A stretch of DNA of 36,238 nucleotides from Lama guanicoe (GCA_013239625.1 MU054338.1:7046724-7082961), one strand, 5' to 3'. Shown: positions 1 to 12,705, numbered from the stretch's first letter. Notes: a model not told the origin generated them from the letters alone. Translations and numbers: made by a program.

Positions 1-29
1 CATCGGAAAACAATTAAAAATTTTCACAT

Positions 30-265
30 ACGCCTGCACATGTGTATCCATATGAAAATAAAGACTTTTCATTCCAGTGTTACCTGAAGATCCTTAAGTG
101 GGGAACACCTAAGATGTGGATTAACAGAAGGCTGGATAAACTATGGTTTACTTATACTATTGGAAAAATCTGAGGCAAATGGAAGGAATAAATCAAAGGC
201 AGAGGCAGCAGTGTGTATAAACTTCACAGACATAATGATGAGTGAAAGAAGCCAGACACAGAGCA
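30..265 (+). mobile_element. Old L1 (L1ME/L1MC-like) 3' fragment
   Basis: 'ggataaactatggtttacttatac...gacataatgatgagtgaaagaagccagacaca' matches the typical L1M 3' UTR from recall. Confidence 0.6.
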
Positions 266-297
266 TGGCCCTCGAATGCAGACTTCAGAAGGGAAGG

Positions 298-660
298 TGT
301 ATTTATCTATTACTGCCTAACACATTACACAAAATTATGAGCCTTAAAACAGCACACATTTATCTCACAGTTTCTTTGAATCAGGAGTCCAGAGAGAACT
401 TAGGAAGGTGCCCTATTCGGGTTCCCACCGGGCTGCATGAGGCCTTGGTTGAGTTGCTTTCTTATCATGCTTAATTAGGGGAACTTAACTAGCACTTAAC
501 CAGGGAAGATAACTCGTTTCTATAGTCACTTGGGTAATTTGCAAAATTCATTTCTTCACTGCTGTAGAATAACTTGCTGGTGCCAGCTTGAGGCCCCCCT
601 TGGCTCCTAAAGGCTGCATGTAGCTTTTTTTCCACATGGTCACATATGTCATTAAGCCAG
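298..660. mobile_element. MaLR LTR (MLT1-like)
   Basis: 'tattactgcctaacacattacacaaaatt...cttaaaacagcacacatttatctcacagtttct...aattcatttcttcactgctgtag' resembles MLT1 consensus. Confidence 0.6.
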
Positions 661-734
661 CTAGCAGAGGATCTGATTTCAGTTTATTATAGATTGTCCG
701 GTTTGTTGACCTATAACTGTTCACAGTATTCTTT

Positions 735-2435
735 TAAATGATTATTTGTGTCTCTATAATGTCAGCTGTAATATCTCTTCTTTAATTTCTTATTTTGTTT
801 ATTTGGTCCTCTCCCTCTTTCTATTAATAAGCTGGGCTAAAGCCTTATCAGTTTTATTTATGTTTTTGGAAGCCCTTGTCTTGGTTTCGCCAGTATTTTC
901 TATTGTGGGGTTCCTTTTTTGTGTGTGAGAGGGGTCTCTTTTATTTATTTCCTCTCTGTCTTCAAGATCACTTATGCATTCTCACTTATCACCTAGTCTG
1001 TTGATAATTCTTTCTAGTGCGTTTCTTTGGGGGCGGAGCGGGGAGGTAATTAGGTTTTTATTTATCATTAATGGGGGTACTAGAAATTGAACCCAGGACC
1101 TTGTGCATGCTAAGCACGCACTCTACCACTGAGCTATACCCTCCCCTCTTTCTAGGGTCTTAATTTCAGTTACTATATTCTTAAGCTCTAACTGGTCCTT
1201 TTTTATATTTTTTAGTTCCTTGTTACAATTCTCACTGTTCTTCTATTTTCTCAAGTGCAGTTAGCATTCTTATTACTAATACTTTAAACTCTTTATTCAG
1301 TATATTATTTCTCTCTTTAATCAGTTGTCCCACCAGGATTTTTTCCTTGTTCTTTTATATTAAAAAAAATTTCCTTTGTCTTCTCATTTTAACTTTGTCT
1401 CTATGAAATTAAGTGAAGCAGTTACCTATCCCATCTTTTGAAGGGGTGTCCTTACGTGGGCGGGTCCCAATGCAGTCTGTGGTGCCCAGTGGCTTTGGTG
1501 GGGTTGCTGGATCCAAAGTGAGCGTGACTTAGGTCTTTGCTCAGGGTGTGCTGGCAGTTGTCATCTTGTTGGCAAGTGAGGCTGGAGACGGAGGGGCTAG
1601 AGCCACAGCCGCGTGTGAGCCGGGCCTTCTGTGCGCAGTGGCTGTCACCGCCCTATCGGTGGGGCAGGCGCAGGTCCCAAGGTGCTGGAAGCAGGAGCCC
1701 TGAGGGTTGGGTCTGAGTTGGTCCTGTCCCCTCCAGGCGTGTGCGCTCTCTCCTCCCAGCAGTGGTACCTCTGCCCAGAGGAGAGCGGCGCTGGGGCAGG
1801 AGGGCTGTAGCGGGCCAGGCACACACGGGACCCCTGGCAAGCCAGGCAGAGGTGCAGGCAGTGCCGGGGCGAGTGAGCTACGTTCCCCACGTGTGCACTT
1901 TCCTCGGCAAAGCAGGCTGGTCCCTGGGGAGTGGGGGAGCTGGGCCAGGGCTCGCGGGGCCGGGGCGCATGCTGGGACGGTCACGGGAAACTGACCAGAG
2001 CTTCTGGAAGTTTTAATTGGCTTCCTCACCTTGTTCCCAGGAGGAAGCAAGCTGGGCACCCTCTTCACAGATGGAGTCTTGGATTCTTGCAGCCATCCTG
2101 GGAGTCCTTCCTGTTTTCAGACCAGCTAAGGGGGCTTGACTTCCTGGTATCAGAGCACAAGGCTGGGGTCCCCAGTTTGTGGTTCAAACCTCTGAGCCCA
2201 CGGTGGCCCCTCCTCTTCTGAGTCCCCTCCAGAGGGCATGTTTTTCAACCTGATTGCTTCCCCTCCCTTCCTACCTGCCCCTTGTGGAGCTTTTCCTACA
2301 GCGCTGCTTGTAGAAGTGCCTTTCTGCTTGTCTCTACTTTGTTGTCAGTGAGAGTTGCTCCAGTGTAGGTGCATTTTGAGGTATTCCTGGCGGGGGTGGG
2401 GTGGGGTGCGGTGAGCTCAGGATCCTCCTACCAGC
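735..2435 (-). mobile_element. Internally deleted L1 (L1MA9/L1M3-like): coding-region fragments plus GC-rich 5' UTR
   Basis: T-rich antisense L1 coding-like sequence at 740-1420, then a GC-rich block ending in 'ggtgagctcaggatcctcctac', typical of the reverse-complemented 5' end of older eutherian L1s. Confidence 0.6.
1018..1146 (-). mobile_element. tRNA-derived SINE (camelid Vic-type)
   Basis: Reverse complement reads ggggagggtatagctcagtggtagagtgcgtgcttagcatgcacaaggtcctgggttcaatt..., with A/B boxes and an 'aaacctaattacctcccc' tail. Flanked by direct repeat tctttctag (1009-1017 and 1147-1155). Confidence 0.85.
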
Positions 2436-2615
2436 AGGTCTCCTCTCTGAGGGATTTCCTAAGTGTGCAGGGATTTGGAGCTAGAATGGAATGACTTCCG
2501 GGCAGTGGATGTGGGAATTGTGGTCCTCCCTGAGTGCTCCTGTCTCCTTCCTTTTCTCCCAGGTGTTCTTTCTAAGGACCCTTTCTGCCTTCCTGAGGAA
2601 AAGAGAGGCAGACAG

Positions 2616-2648
2616 ATGGTGGCTGACTGTGTGAGAAATCGTCCTCAG
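2616..2648 (+). CDS. KRAB-ZNF N-terminal coding segment MVADCVRNRPQ (exon 2563-2648)
   Basis: Acceptor ttttctcccag at 2562, ATG at 2616, donor CAG|gtaaga at 2649 in phase 0. Upstream in-frame DPFCLPEEK resembles the ZNF426-type N-terminus. Confidence 0.75.
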
Positions 2649-3193
2649 GTAAGAAGAAAGTTATCCTTCTACAAAATGATGTCCTGCGTCCACCAGATGG
2701 ACACATTTCCTTCTAGGTAGACCAGTCTCCTGAGCTTCTTAAAGAAATAAAGCCGCTGCAGTACTCAGCCCCTGTTGAATTCCTTCCTAAAATGGAGGCT
2801 CTCATATTGATGAGGGGTTTACTCTGAATAATCTCAGTATTTCAATACTTACCTTCTTTCATGATTAAGACTGCATGTTTTTTATTTTGCCTGCTGCTCT
2901 GACATGCTAAGGAAGATGAGAGTGTGTATTTCTCAGTGAATTTATTTATTCGTGAGCATTTACAAGAGTCTGCAGTTTGCTTAGGACTGTGTTTCTGGTT
3001 CTGTTAAAGTCACAAGTGAAGGACATTGATCATGGGTGAGTATAGAGAGAGAAGAGAGCCTCGGACCACTGCGTCCTGGGGGAGGTGATGAGACACCGTG
3101 AAACTCTACTGACACTGGGTCTCACATTCATTCCCCACTGATCATTGGAGGAGATCCTGTGTTACTGAAGCTACTGTGTGTGTGATCATTTAG

Positions 3194-3349
<156 letters not shown>

Positions 3350-3905
3350 TAGGGAGCAGATGTATATGACGCACTTACAGGATGGGTGATGTCGGTCTGA
3401 ACACAGTGGAAATAGACACTAGTCTCTACAGGAATGGGTTTTAATCCCATGTGGTATCTGTAACAGTGTGGTTTTAGAACATTACCATCACTCTGTCAGA
3501 AATGTGCATTCTCAGAGTTCGCCTTCGACATAGTGAATGACACTGGCATTTGGGCCCCATTATCTGTGTTTTAGCAAACACTGGACCTGATTCTTGTGGA
3601 CACCACAGTTTGACAACCACTAGTTTAGTGGCTTCTCCATAAGTATGAACATCTCTTTTGACTTACTTTATTTCCTATTTTAATAAAGTCTTAGTGCTTT
3701 GTGAATGTACATATAGGTCTGAACCTGTGTTTCAGGAGCTGCAGATAAACAGTCTCTTTGAGGCACAGAATGAGGGGATATTTACCTTTTTATCTCTTTG
3801 GAAATAACTTCACCACATTCATTAGAAATATGGGACCCGATTCACGGGAAGGTTTGTCATGTTTGGCAGGGCCTTTTCCATGAACATATCTTTCCCTGTG
3901 AACAG

Positions 3906-3986
3906 GGTATCAGTGGTTCAAACCCACTCTGATCTCCTGGTTGGAACAAGAAGAGTTGAGGACAGAGGAGAGGGGAGCCGTACAGG
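3906..3986 (+). CDS. KRAB-B exon
   Basis: aacag|GG...CAGG|gtgagt. Translates (G)YQWFKPTLISWLEQEELRTEERGAVQ. Confidence 0.9.
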
Positions 3987-4488
3987 GTGAGTGAGTGTGA
4001 AGAACATCCCTGGTCAAAAAAATTTCCGTTTTGAAATTACAAGGAGAAAACTTGTTAAGATGTGCTTTCTCTCAGAGGCCTGAGGTCATTGGTCTCTGAT
4101 GCTCTGTGATTTCTTCAAGTTTTCATATGTACTCACTTTCCATTTACTCAGAATTTCTTATGATCTCATAAAATAACCTTTTGTTTCCTTTTTTAGTTGT
4201 ATCATTTTGATGTATCCTCTTTGACCAGAAGTTTCCCTGATGATATTCTGTCTCTTTTCCCCATATTTAATTTTCATAGAATCATTTTTTAAATCAAGTG
4301 CTGAATTTTGAATACATAATATATATTACTGCTTAATTTTTGATATAGCCAAATGCCTCAAATCTGTCCTGGCTTTTGAAAAGATATGTTTAATTTGGAA
4401 ACACACAGAATAGGTCTTACTGTTTTAACTCCTTTAAGGTCCACTTCTTTCTGCAAAGTCTTAAATTTGTTACTCTCTTTTCCTTTAG

Positions 4489-4570
4489 GATGGGAAATGC
4501 AACTTAAAACCAAAGGCTAGGCACTTCAGCAGGACACGCTGGGGGAAAACCGTTGACTGGGACACCAGTC
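4489..4570 (+). pseudogene. Spacer exon with premature stop
   Basis: tcctttag|GA TGG GAA ATG CAA CTT AAA ACC AAA GGC TAG gives (G)WEMQLKTKG*ALQQDTLGE, matching the WEMQLKTK..ALQQD motif of ZNF266/426. Putative donor gtaaaa at 4571. Confidence 0.8.
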
Positions 4571-5319
4571 GTAAAATCAGTAAGGTCCAAACCAGGTATT
4601 TATTTTCCACATTCAGATCAGCTTGGGGTCTTCATTAGCTAGAATGGGAGCACCAGTGACAGATGTTTGAGATGAGTGGCATTCACCTGGGGAGAGCCAT
4701 GTCTCTCTGAGAATTCTGGTGATGCAAATTATGGGGATATCCAGGCCTAGATTGAAACTCACTTCAGAATTTCCACCAGGACTCATTCCCACTTATTTAA
4801 AAACAGTCCCATGAAACTGTAGAAACCTTTTGAGATTTGAGTATATGGTACATTATTCTGGCAGGAGGATTTCATTGTTTTAACTCGGAAGAAATCAACT
4901 GGGCAGGACGTGTATGAACGTCATGGAGATGGGAAAAGTCATCATCGTTACTGTGGTGATGGTTCTGTGTTGAGATGACTCGGATCAGTTAATGAGTCTG
5001 AGAAATCCCTGAATCATCATCCATCCATTTATCCACAGGAAAGAAGCCTCAGTGGCCTGGAACTCTGTGACTGTAAGCAACGTGGGAGAGACTTCAGGGA
5101 ACACTTGTGCCTTAAGACACACAGGAGAACTCAAAAGTGGAAGGAACATTTGCAGAGATAATCAGGATGGAATAAACTTCCTTACTCTACACAATACATC
5201 TTGTGCTGGAGAAAAACGTTCCGTGTTTACTCTGGAAAAGCTGTCAGGCTGGCCCCACATGTGCACAGGACATCGAGCAAACGGGAAAGCCTTAGAGTGC
5301 AGCGATGGTGGGGGAGCCT

Positions 5320-7185
5320 TTGTTAATGAACCTCACCTTCAGGCACAGGACGCCACTCACAGTAAAGAAGAGCTCTACAGACGGAAGAAACATGGGAGAG
5401 CTGTTCACTCAGCCAGCCTTGGTGCTCATGTACCAACTCACACTGCTAACACACGTGCCAGACGTAAGGGAAGTGGAAAGGTCTCCGCTGCGTCCTTAAG
5501 CCTTAGGAGACAATTAGAGTAACACACAGTGCCGGGAAGCCTTGTGCATGTGACACATGTGGGAAAGCCTTTAAGTGGTCTTCATACCTTAATGTTCACA
5601 GTCGAATTCATACTGGAATCAAACCTTACAAATGCAAGGAGTGTGGAAGATCCTTCAGATGGTGCTCAGACATTCATGTTCACAGTCGAATTCATACTGG
5701 GATAAAACCCTACGAGTGTCAGGAGTGTGCTAGGGCCTTTAGAAGGTCCTCACACCTTCGTGTTCACATTCGAATTCATACTGGAGTAAAACCCTATGAA
5801 TGTAAGAAATGTGGGAGAATCTTCGTTCAGTCTTCAAACCTCATTAATCATTTGAAAACTCACACTAGAGTGAAGCCTTTTGTGTGTAATAAATGTGGGA
5901 AGACCTATACTCATTTCTCAGGCCTTACTCGACATTTAAAAACTCACCCTGAAGAGAAGCCATTTCAATGTGAGAAATGTGGAGATGCCTTTACTTCGTC
6001 CTTAACTCCTTCTAGATGTTTTAAATCTCACTGGAGAGAAGTCTTTTGAATGTGATAAACGTGGGAAAGTCTTTGCTTCTTCAAGTCTTCCTAGACGTTG
6101 TAGATCTCACACTTGGAAGAAGAAATACATGTGGGAAACATCTGCCAGTTCTTCCGTTATCAGGGATCAGCATGTGCACACTGGTGAGAAACCTGGTCAA
6201 TGGAAGGAATGTAGGAAAATTTTTTTTGTATGTAATTCACTTCAACATCATGAGAGGAAAATGCCGGGGAGGTGCTCTACAAATGTTAGGAATGTGGCAA
6301 AGCCATCGGTCTCCTCACAGCCGGCATGTGAGGACTCACCGTGAAGCCATACTGTTAAGAAACATGGAAAGACCGTCACTACTTCCTCAGTGGCATACAT
6401 ATTACATACACATGGGAGACCTTACAGTGGAGAGAAATCCTGCTGACATAAGATGTGGGTTAATTTTAGTTCTGCTAATACAGTAATGTTCACTTGTAAT
6501 CTCACTGCGGAGAAGAACTTTATGAATGTAAGAAATGTACAGTCACCACTTTCCACAAGATTCTTATTTATTCTTAATGAACATGGGGTGACTCATGGTC
6601 AAGAGAAACTGAATGTGGAGTATTTGGGCAGCACTGCCCTGAGCCTGAAATCTTAGGGTTTCCTCAGGGCACAGCATTCTGGGTGGTTCTGCAGATCTGT
6701 CTGAAGCATTTGTGACTTGGCCCTGACCATTCTTGCACACAGTGAGACTTTCGCTCCTCTCATAGCCAGACCTGGACCGTCTCGTGGCTACACCTCCCAG
6801 GCTGCACCGTGGTGAAAGTGGGCCTGCAGGATTCACGCTTAATCCTCTTCTAAGCCCCTGGATTCCCCTGTTGGACTGACACTGTCTTACATCATGGAGA
6901 CGCCACTGCTTGACTGTGTACAGTGTTCACCACCCTCATTTACAGTGAGGCATCCTGGCCAGGGAGAGGGATGGTGTCTATCTCTTGTCAATTTTGTAAA
7001 ATTACCATGTGCCTCTCAGCCCTGATCCTTTCAGATAAAGGTAAGGGTCAAGCATGGGATGAGTGGAGAAAAAGCGAGATTACGTCTACTAATGTGAGAC
7101 ACCCCAATTTCACAACTTTTGTGGGTGAACAGCAACCGTAGCACCTGGGGGAGAGTCTGTCACCTCGAGCTGTGCAGGAAGCTCA
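5320..7185 (+). repeat. Left arm of a long inverted repeat (partner 14057-15748)
   Basis: Manual alignment to the reverse complement of 14057-15748, including a 205-bp perfect match at 6950-7154. Confidence 0.92.
5522..6049 (+). pseudogene. Five intact C2H2 fingers plus one degenerate finger, out of frame with KRAB
   Basis: CDTCGKAFKWSSYLNVHSRIH-TGIKPY-KCKECGRSFRWCSDIHVHSRIH-TGIKPY-ECQECARAFRRSSHLRVHIRIH-TGVKPY-ECKKCGRIFVQSSNLINHLKTH-TRVKPF-VCNKCGKTYTHFSGLTRHLKTH. Confidence 0.9.
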
Positions 7186-8014
7186 AGTGAAAACAAAGAA
7201 TGTTCTCTACCACCCCTAAACCCGGCACCACAGGCTGGCAAAACAACCATGTACTTATCCAAGTCACACACCAGCTGTCACTGATACGACTTGCTTCTGT
7301 GTTTGTTATTCCATCCATGTGCTGTGACAGCAGAAACACCTGTGACCATAGCCAGTCCTGACAATCTGCTGTGCTGGACTCCGTCCCTGGCAGCTCCTGA
7401 GTGTGGGCCTTGGGGTCAGACAGACGTGCACGACCCCGCTTTAGCCTTCAGGGTTCTGATGCTTGAGCAACCTTAACCTTGGGTGGTCGGGTATGGCCGT
7501 CGTGCGTGCCTGCAGTTGCTGATGACCCTTTACTGAGGATGAGTGAAACCACTGTAGTGATACTTCAAATCAACCTTCACAGTAAATCCGGAGCGGGAAT
7601 TCCATGTACACCTTTGTATTAAACGTTTGCACATGTGGAGGAGTGTGCCATGCTGTAGTTTAATTTGAGGTGTGCATATTGTTACTCAGCCCACCTTCTG
7701 CCCCCTTTAATTACTGGCAATGAGTAAGGGTCACAGATTGGCCTCAGATGGATTCTGATTGTCTGAAATAAGACCGATGGCTCCTGCCAGAACCTGTTAC
7801 AGTTGCCCAAGTCTGAGACCCTGTGGGCCACGTTTGAGATCACTACTGCGGACCGACCTCATTCCGCCGCCCAGCCTCCTAGTGGCAGTGTCATCAGTAA
7901 GTGCTGAACAAGATAAACGATGCAGATTTGGTCCCAGCTTTTCTTAGTGAGTGACAAAAGCGGCACATTCGTGTGGAAATTCTCCAGAAGCCAAGATGAC
8001 GTGAGCCCTGTGTG

Positions 8015-8325
8015 CTACAACACAGATGAATCTTGAAAAACACTGTAAGTGAAAATAACCTATTAATAAAAGATTGTATAATTTCGTTTATATGCAATAT
8101 CTAGAAAGCACAAACCTATGGAGACAAAAAGTAGATTTATGGTTGCCAAGATATGAAGGGAGGAATGAAATGGGTGGTTTGACAGCCAGAGGCTGCTTTT
8201 GAAGTGATGGAAAGATACTAAGATTGTGATGGATAGCCCAGTCTGACAATATACTGAACCACATTCAATTGTATAAATCAGATGGGTCTGTTGTATGCAA
8301 ATTGTACCTCAATAAAGCTGTTCCA
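8015..8325 (+). mobile_element. L1MB-like 3' end
   Basis: 'agatgaatcttgaaaaacact...aaacctatggagacaaaaagtagatttatggttgcc...gtatgcaaattgtacctcaataaagctgtt'. Confidence 0.7.
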
Positions 8326-9487
8326 AGAAACAAAAGAGAAATTATGATTGTATCTACACCACTGTGTAGTTATGGGCATAAATTTAAAATCTGTGAAGCG
8401 TCTAGCATGGTAGATGCAAAGAACATTAACTACCATTGTATTTTTACTACTAAATATGAAAACAATGTGAAAGTATTATAATCCAAGGATATGACAGAGG
8501 CTTAAGTAAATTATATTAATAGAAGAGCAGATAATATACAGGCATATATAGCAGTGTATTATTTCATAAAGTTGGAATTTCAAATCAGGTCATGGATAAG
8601 TTTATGAATAAGTAGTAACTTTTATTTGGTCCACTTAGTTGAACTTCTTGATGGATGTTGCAGAAGCTTGGCCTCCTTTTAAGTTCTTATCTCTGATTTT
8701 TCCCCTTTATTCTTTCAGTGAATAATTAAAAAGTTCTGTCCCTGTGCTAGGCATAGAGCAGTACCACGGAGAGGAAATGTACTAAGCCTTAAAGATGCAA
8801 CATTCCTATGGGAGAATGCTCATCACTGATACATCAGCTCATCAAGTTCTGAGGAAACTAGTCGAGCGTGTAAGGATGTAAAGGGTGTACTATACATATA
8901 TACATACACACACACTGAAAGAACATATATGCTGTTCTTGGGTAAGATAATGAGAGAAAATGGAAATAACCATTGGTTAGTCTATTTTTGGTCCAAAAGT
9001 TAAGGAAAAAAGTCAAAGTTTTTACAAAAAACTCAGATTACATTTCAAGTACCATGGAGTCTCCACAGTGTCTTGGTGGAAACACTCAAGTCTGTGAGGT
9101 CTTCTCTCCCCCTCTTGCCTGGGCAGAGGAGCAGGGCCAAGTCAGATGCTGCACACATTTTCTATTTTATGAGTCTTCAGAGAACCACCTTTTCCTAGTA
9201 TTTGTCAGTCGTATTTGTACAACAGCAGCTAAGGTGATCTCGTCTGGTTTCTGATGTGAAAATGAGAGAAGTGATCAGGGAAGAAAGAGAGGAACCTGGG
9301 AATGAAGACCTCTAGCTGGACGCAAGTGAAACTCATAATCTTGAACCCACAAGACACTCTGAACCCCCTTTAGCAGGGAAGCAGACCTTTGGTTTCTGCG
9401 GAGACTAGCCTTCGTAACTTGCAATCCTGTGATAGTCTCACTTGGTACAGATATCTGGCAGGGGACTCTCCTTAAGGCCTCAGAGGT

Positions 9488-9611
9488 GGGGAGGGTGTAG
9501 CTCAAGTGGCAGAGTGCATGCTTGGCATGCACAGGGTCCTAGGTTCAATTCCCAGTGCCTCCTCTAAAAATAAATAAATAAACCTAACCCCCCCCCAACA
9601 AACAAACAAAA
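9488..9611 (+). mobile_element. tRNA-derived SINE (camelid Vic-type)
   Basis: ggggagggtgtagctcaagtggcagagtgcatgcttggcatgcacagggtcctaggttcaattcccagtgcctcctctaaaaataaataaataaacctaa, followed by C-rich and A-rich tails. Confidence 0.88.
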
Positions 9612-9639
9612 GACCCATCACAACCACCTACTCTTGCCT

Positions 9640-11640
9640 CTATGCTCAGAACTAGTGAAAATCCAGTAGGAAAGATGTAAGATGTGAGGTAAGGGAGAAC
9701 AGCGGACAAAACAAAATAATTCCACTTCCACTAATATGTATCTGAGAAAACCTAGGGAACATGTGTGAAAATGGATTATAAGGTATTAGACCAAGGAGGG
9801 TGGAATATCAGATTAGACTGAGCCATTTCAATGACATGGATGCACATTTTAGGTATTTTGGATTTAACATATTAGCTCATGTGCTTGGGGATGGCTCTAT
9901 GTTATTTGGGTGGATGACTGACATTTGGACTCAGTGTTGAGCTACAGTTAATGAGGATGCTATGCCAAAGCTTTCCTTGCATAATGTGAAGGAGGAAATC
10001 CTAGAGATAGGAATGTTGCACTGGATATACCTTATGTGGTCTCCACAGATGCCTTTTATCAACCTATGATGAAGGCCTAGAAGCCACTCTCCTCATGAAG
10101 GTACTGAGAAATAAGACTAGTGAGAGGAGTACCTCCAACCCTGAAAACGGTGGGTACTCTCTTTTATAGGCCAGGTATGACTGTACGGGATACCACCTTT
10201 GAGATGAATTCCCAAATTTCAATGGTTAAGATAAGAACCCAGCGTAGCAGAAATCAAGTAGGTAGCACTTAATCACCAAGGACCAGGTGGGCACATCAAC
10301 TTTCAAGGGCAGCAGAAACACACCAGTAATCAGAATGCTTTGCTTTGTAGAGATCTTCAGTAGTGGCCAACTCCTCACAGTGTCCCTAGCAGTGAAACAG
10401 ATAGGAAGCCTATTAGCAGGGATTACCACACCTGCTCTGATACATTACACTTCAGGCTCGTGGGTCAAATACTCTCTCTGGCTGCTACCCAGCTCTGGAA
10501 CTGCAGTGTGAAAGGTGCCATAGATAATATGTAAACAAATAAACATGGTTATGTTTCAATAAAGATTTATTTACAAAAAGAGGAGGGCCAGATTTCACAC
10601 AGGGGCCGTCGTTTGCCAACCTGTGTACCAAAATATGGCTTGATCTATGTAACAAGAAGTCCTAAGTCCAGCAGCCAAACACCAGAATCATGGCCTCTTA
10701 CCCAGACATACATCAACTCACAAATTGACCTGTGGAGCCTTCATCAAAGGGAAGATCTTGCACATTCACTACAATCCACACTATAAATGTCCCTTCAAGC
10801 CTTCCCCTAGAGCTGCAGTCATGTGTTGGAGAAAAGGAAATGCCCAGACTGACCCTGACTAATTTCTGGGGAATTATATCCCCAAATCCCACTGTGTCCC
10901 ACCACCAAAGTCAAAGCACAAGGTAGTCAGGGGACAAATGGAGTCCACTCAATGAACATAAGGAGAGACCAGTTGAACCGTGCACTAACCATGCGGTTAG
11001 CCCCCATTCCTTAATGTATCATTGGAATACAGACATTCTTTGCAACTGGTAGAATTTCTTAAATTGGTTTTCTGACCCATGGGGAGAAGACTATTAAAAT
11101 AGTAAAAGTTAGATGGAGAACCCTAGAATTCTCCATGCCTTAAATTAATAGACTAGAAGTAATACAACATGCCTAGAAGAATTTTAAAGATGAATTCCAC
11201 CATCAAAAATTTGAAAGAACCAGGGGACATGACACTTATCACATCCTCATTTAACTCAGCACTGTGGCAGAGATGACATGGATTTTGAAGAAAGACTGTG
11301 GACATCATAAACTTAATCAGGCCATCAATCAAATTGCAGTTCTTATCCCAAATACAATATCGTTACTGGAACAATTCAGCACAATCTCTGGCATTTGGTA
11401 CATAGCTATTAATGTCAGTAATGCCCTTTGCTCCATACAAATTTGAAAAAAATAACTGGGAGTATTTGCTTTTACTCGGCAGGACCAACATTGTATCTTC
11501 ACAGCAGTGACCCTTGGTTACGTCATTTTTCCCGTTCTCTGCTAAAAAGCAGTCCTCAAAGGTCTTGACATTACACAAAACATCATACTGATCCATTATG
11601 TGGACAATATTTTGCTGATTGGATCCAATCAATAAAGTGT
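9640..11640 (+). mobile_element. Decayed ERVL internal region (gag, protease and RT remnants)
   Basis: Gag-like stretch at 9735-10030 (KPREHV*KWI..LDQGGWNIRLD..EIGMLHWI). RT-like HKLNQAINQIAVLIPNTISLLEQFSTISGIWYIAINVSNALCSI (ORF 11264-11446) and HYVDNILLIG at 11594 (YIDD motif). Many stops and frameshifts. Confidence 0.82.
10455..10623. mobile_element. MER58-like hAT DNA transposon nested in the ERVL
   Basis: 'gccatagataatatgtaaacaaataaacatggttatgtttcaataaagatttatttacaaaaagaggagggccagatt...gtttgccaacctg'. Confidence 0.75.
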
Positions 11641-11899
11641 TCAAGCATCAGTGGTATATCAATTGGAGAGAACTTAAAGCTGCCCCTAGATAAAACTTGA
11701 ACCATCAAAAAGAGTAATAATATATTAATTTCAATATGTTGAGAGAGAATACAGGAGTAAACAATGATAATCAAAAGGTTAAAAAATAAAATAAAAGAGA
11801 AGAAACTGCCAGCTAAAGAACAGCAAACAAACGAACCAGAAGATCACCATTTTGTAAGTCTCAAAAATGTATCATCCGGGAAAAGAAAAAGTATCAGGA

Positions 11900-12705
11900 G
11901 ACACCATATTCACAGTGCCAAGACTCACTCCCACATACTAATTACAAAGGAAAAATAAAACTTAGGAATGAAAAGTTCTGGTGGTCACCATGTTAACTGA
12001 ATGATCAAACGCAGTATAGCTTAAGTAGTGGAAAAATCGACATTTACTTGCATCCTGATGAGAAGCAACAGGAAGCACACAAAGCATCATCTACAAAATG
12101 TATAAGTTACTATCTAGCCTCTAATTAAATTTCTAGTTTGCAGGAATTAAGGAGAGGTTGGGAGTCGGGGGACATTAACAATACTGAGAACAGAATCAGA
12201 AATACCAAAGAATTTCTACCTAATAAAACTGAAAAAGGAAAAAAAGAAAAGAAAAAGAAATACCAGAGAATTGTGTTCTCTGTAAGACAAAGGTCTGGGT
12301 CTCACAAAAAACTATGAAAAGAGATGTGGGCAGATGTGGGCATATTGAAAGACTACAGGGATCTAATAACCTAGTGCAATATGTGAACTGTAATAGGAAG
12401 AATTATATTTGGAATAGCTGAAGAAATTCGACTTGAATACAGACTACTCATATAATTCTATCAATACTTATTTTTTAGGTGGGATAAAGGATTGTCGGCT
12501 TCATAAGACAATGCACTTATTCTTAAGATTTAGGTATAAGGTGTCCTGATGTCTGCAGCTTAATTCCAGCATATAAAACTCTGTATGTGGAGAGAGACAG
12601 AAAAGTTGCAGAATTTTCATAATTGGCAAATCTAGGTTAATGGGGATTTACCGGATTGAATTTTCATATTGTCTTTGCGTTTGAATATTCTCAAATTACT
12701 AATTT
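11900..12705 (+). mobile_element. Old L1 (L1MC/L1ME-like) 3' region
   Basis: 'actaattacaaaggaaaaat...tctggtggtcaccatgttaactgaatgatcaaa' and 'aattggcaaatctaggttaatgggga' resemble L1MC 3' UTR. Confidence 0.55.

Noticed and set aside
1541..2221. Overlapping 80-175 aa ORFs on both strands
   Set aside because: They lie in the GC-rich 5' UTR of an antisense L1, where stops are scarce by composition. No recognisable domain.
5593..5790. Regularly spaced direct repeats resembling a CRISPR array
   Set aside because: The 84-bp period is the C2H2 finger unit in a eukaryotic gene.
6923..7141. 72-aa ORF 'conserved' in two copies (also 14101-14319)
   Set aside because: It starts at GTG, and its identity simply reflects the near-identical DNA tract, which extends beyond the ORF. 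There is no evidence of coding constraint.
9488..9565. tRNA-like sequence with A and B boxes (also at 1.1, 16.2 and 34.6 kb)
   Set aside because: These are SINE heads with A-rich tails and, in three cases, TSDs. They are not tRNA genes.
9640..11640. Possible domesticated gag/pol gene
   Set aside because: Numerous stops, frameshifts and deletions, a nested MER58, and a mutated catalytic motif (YVDN).
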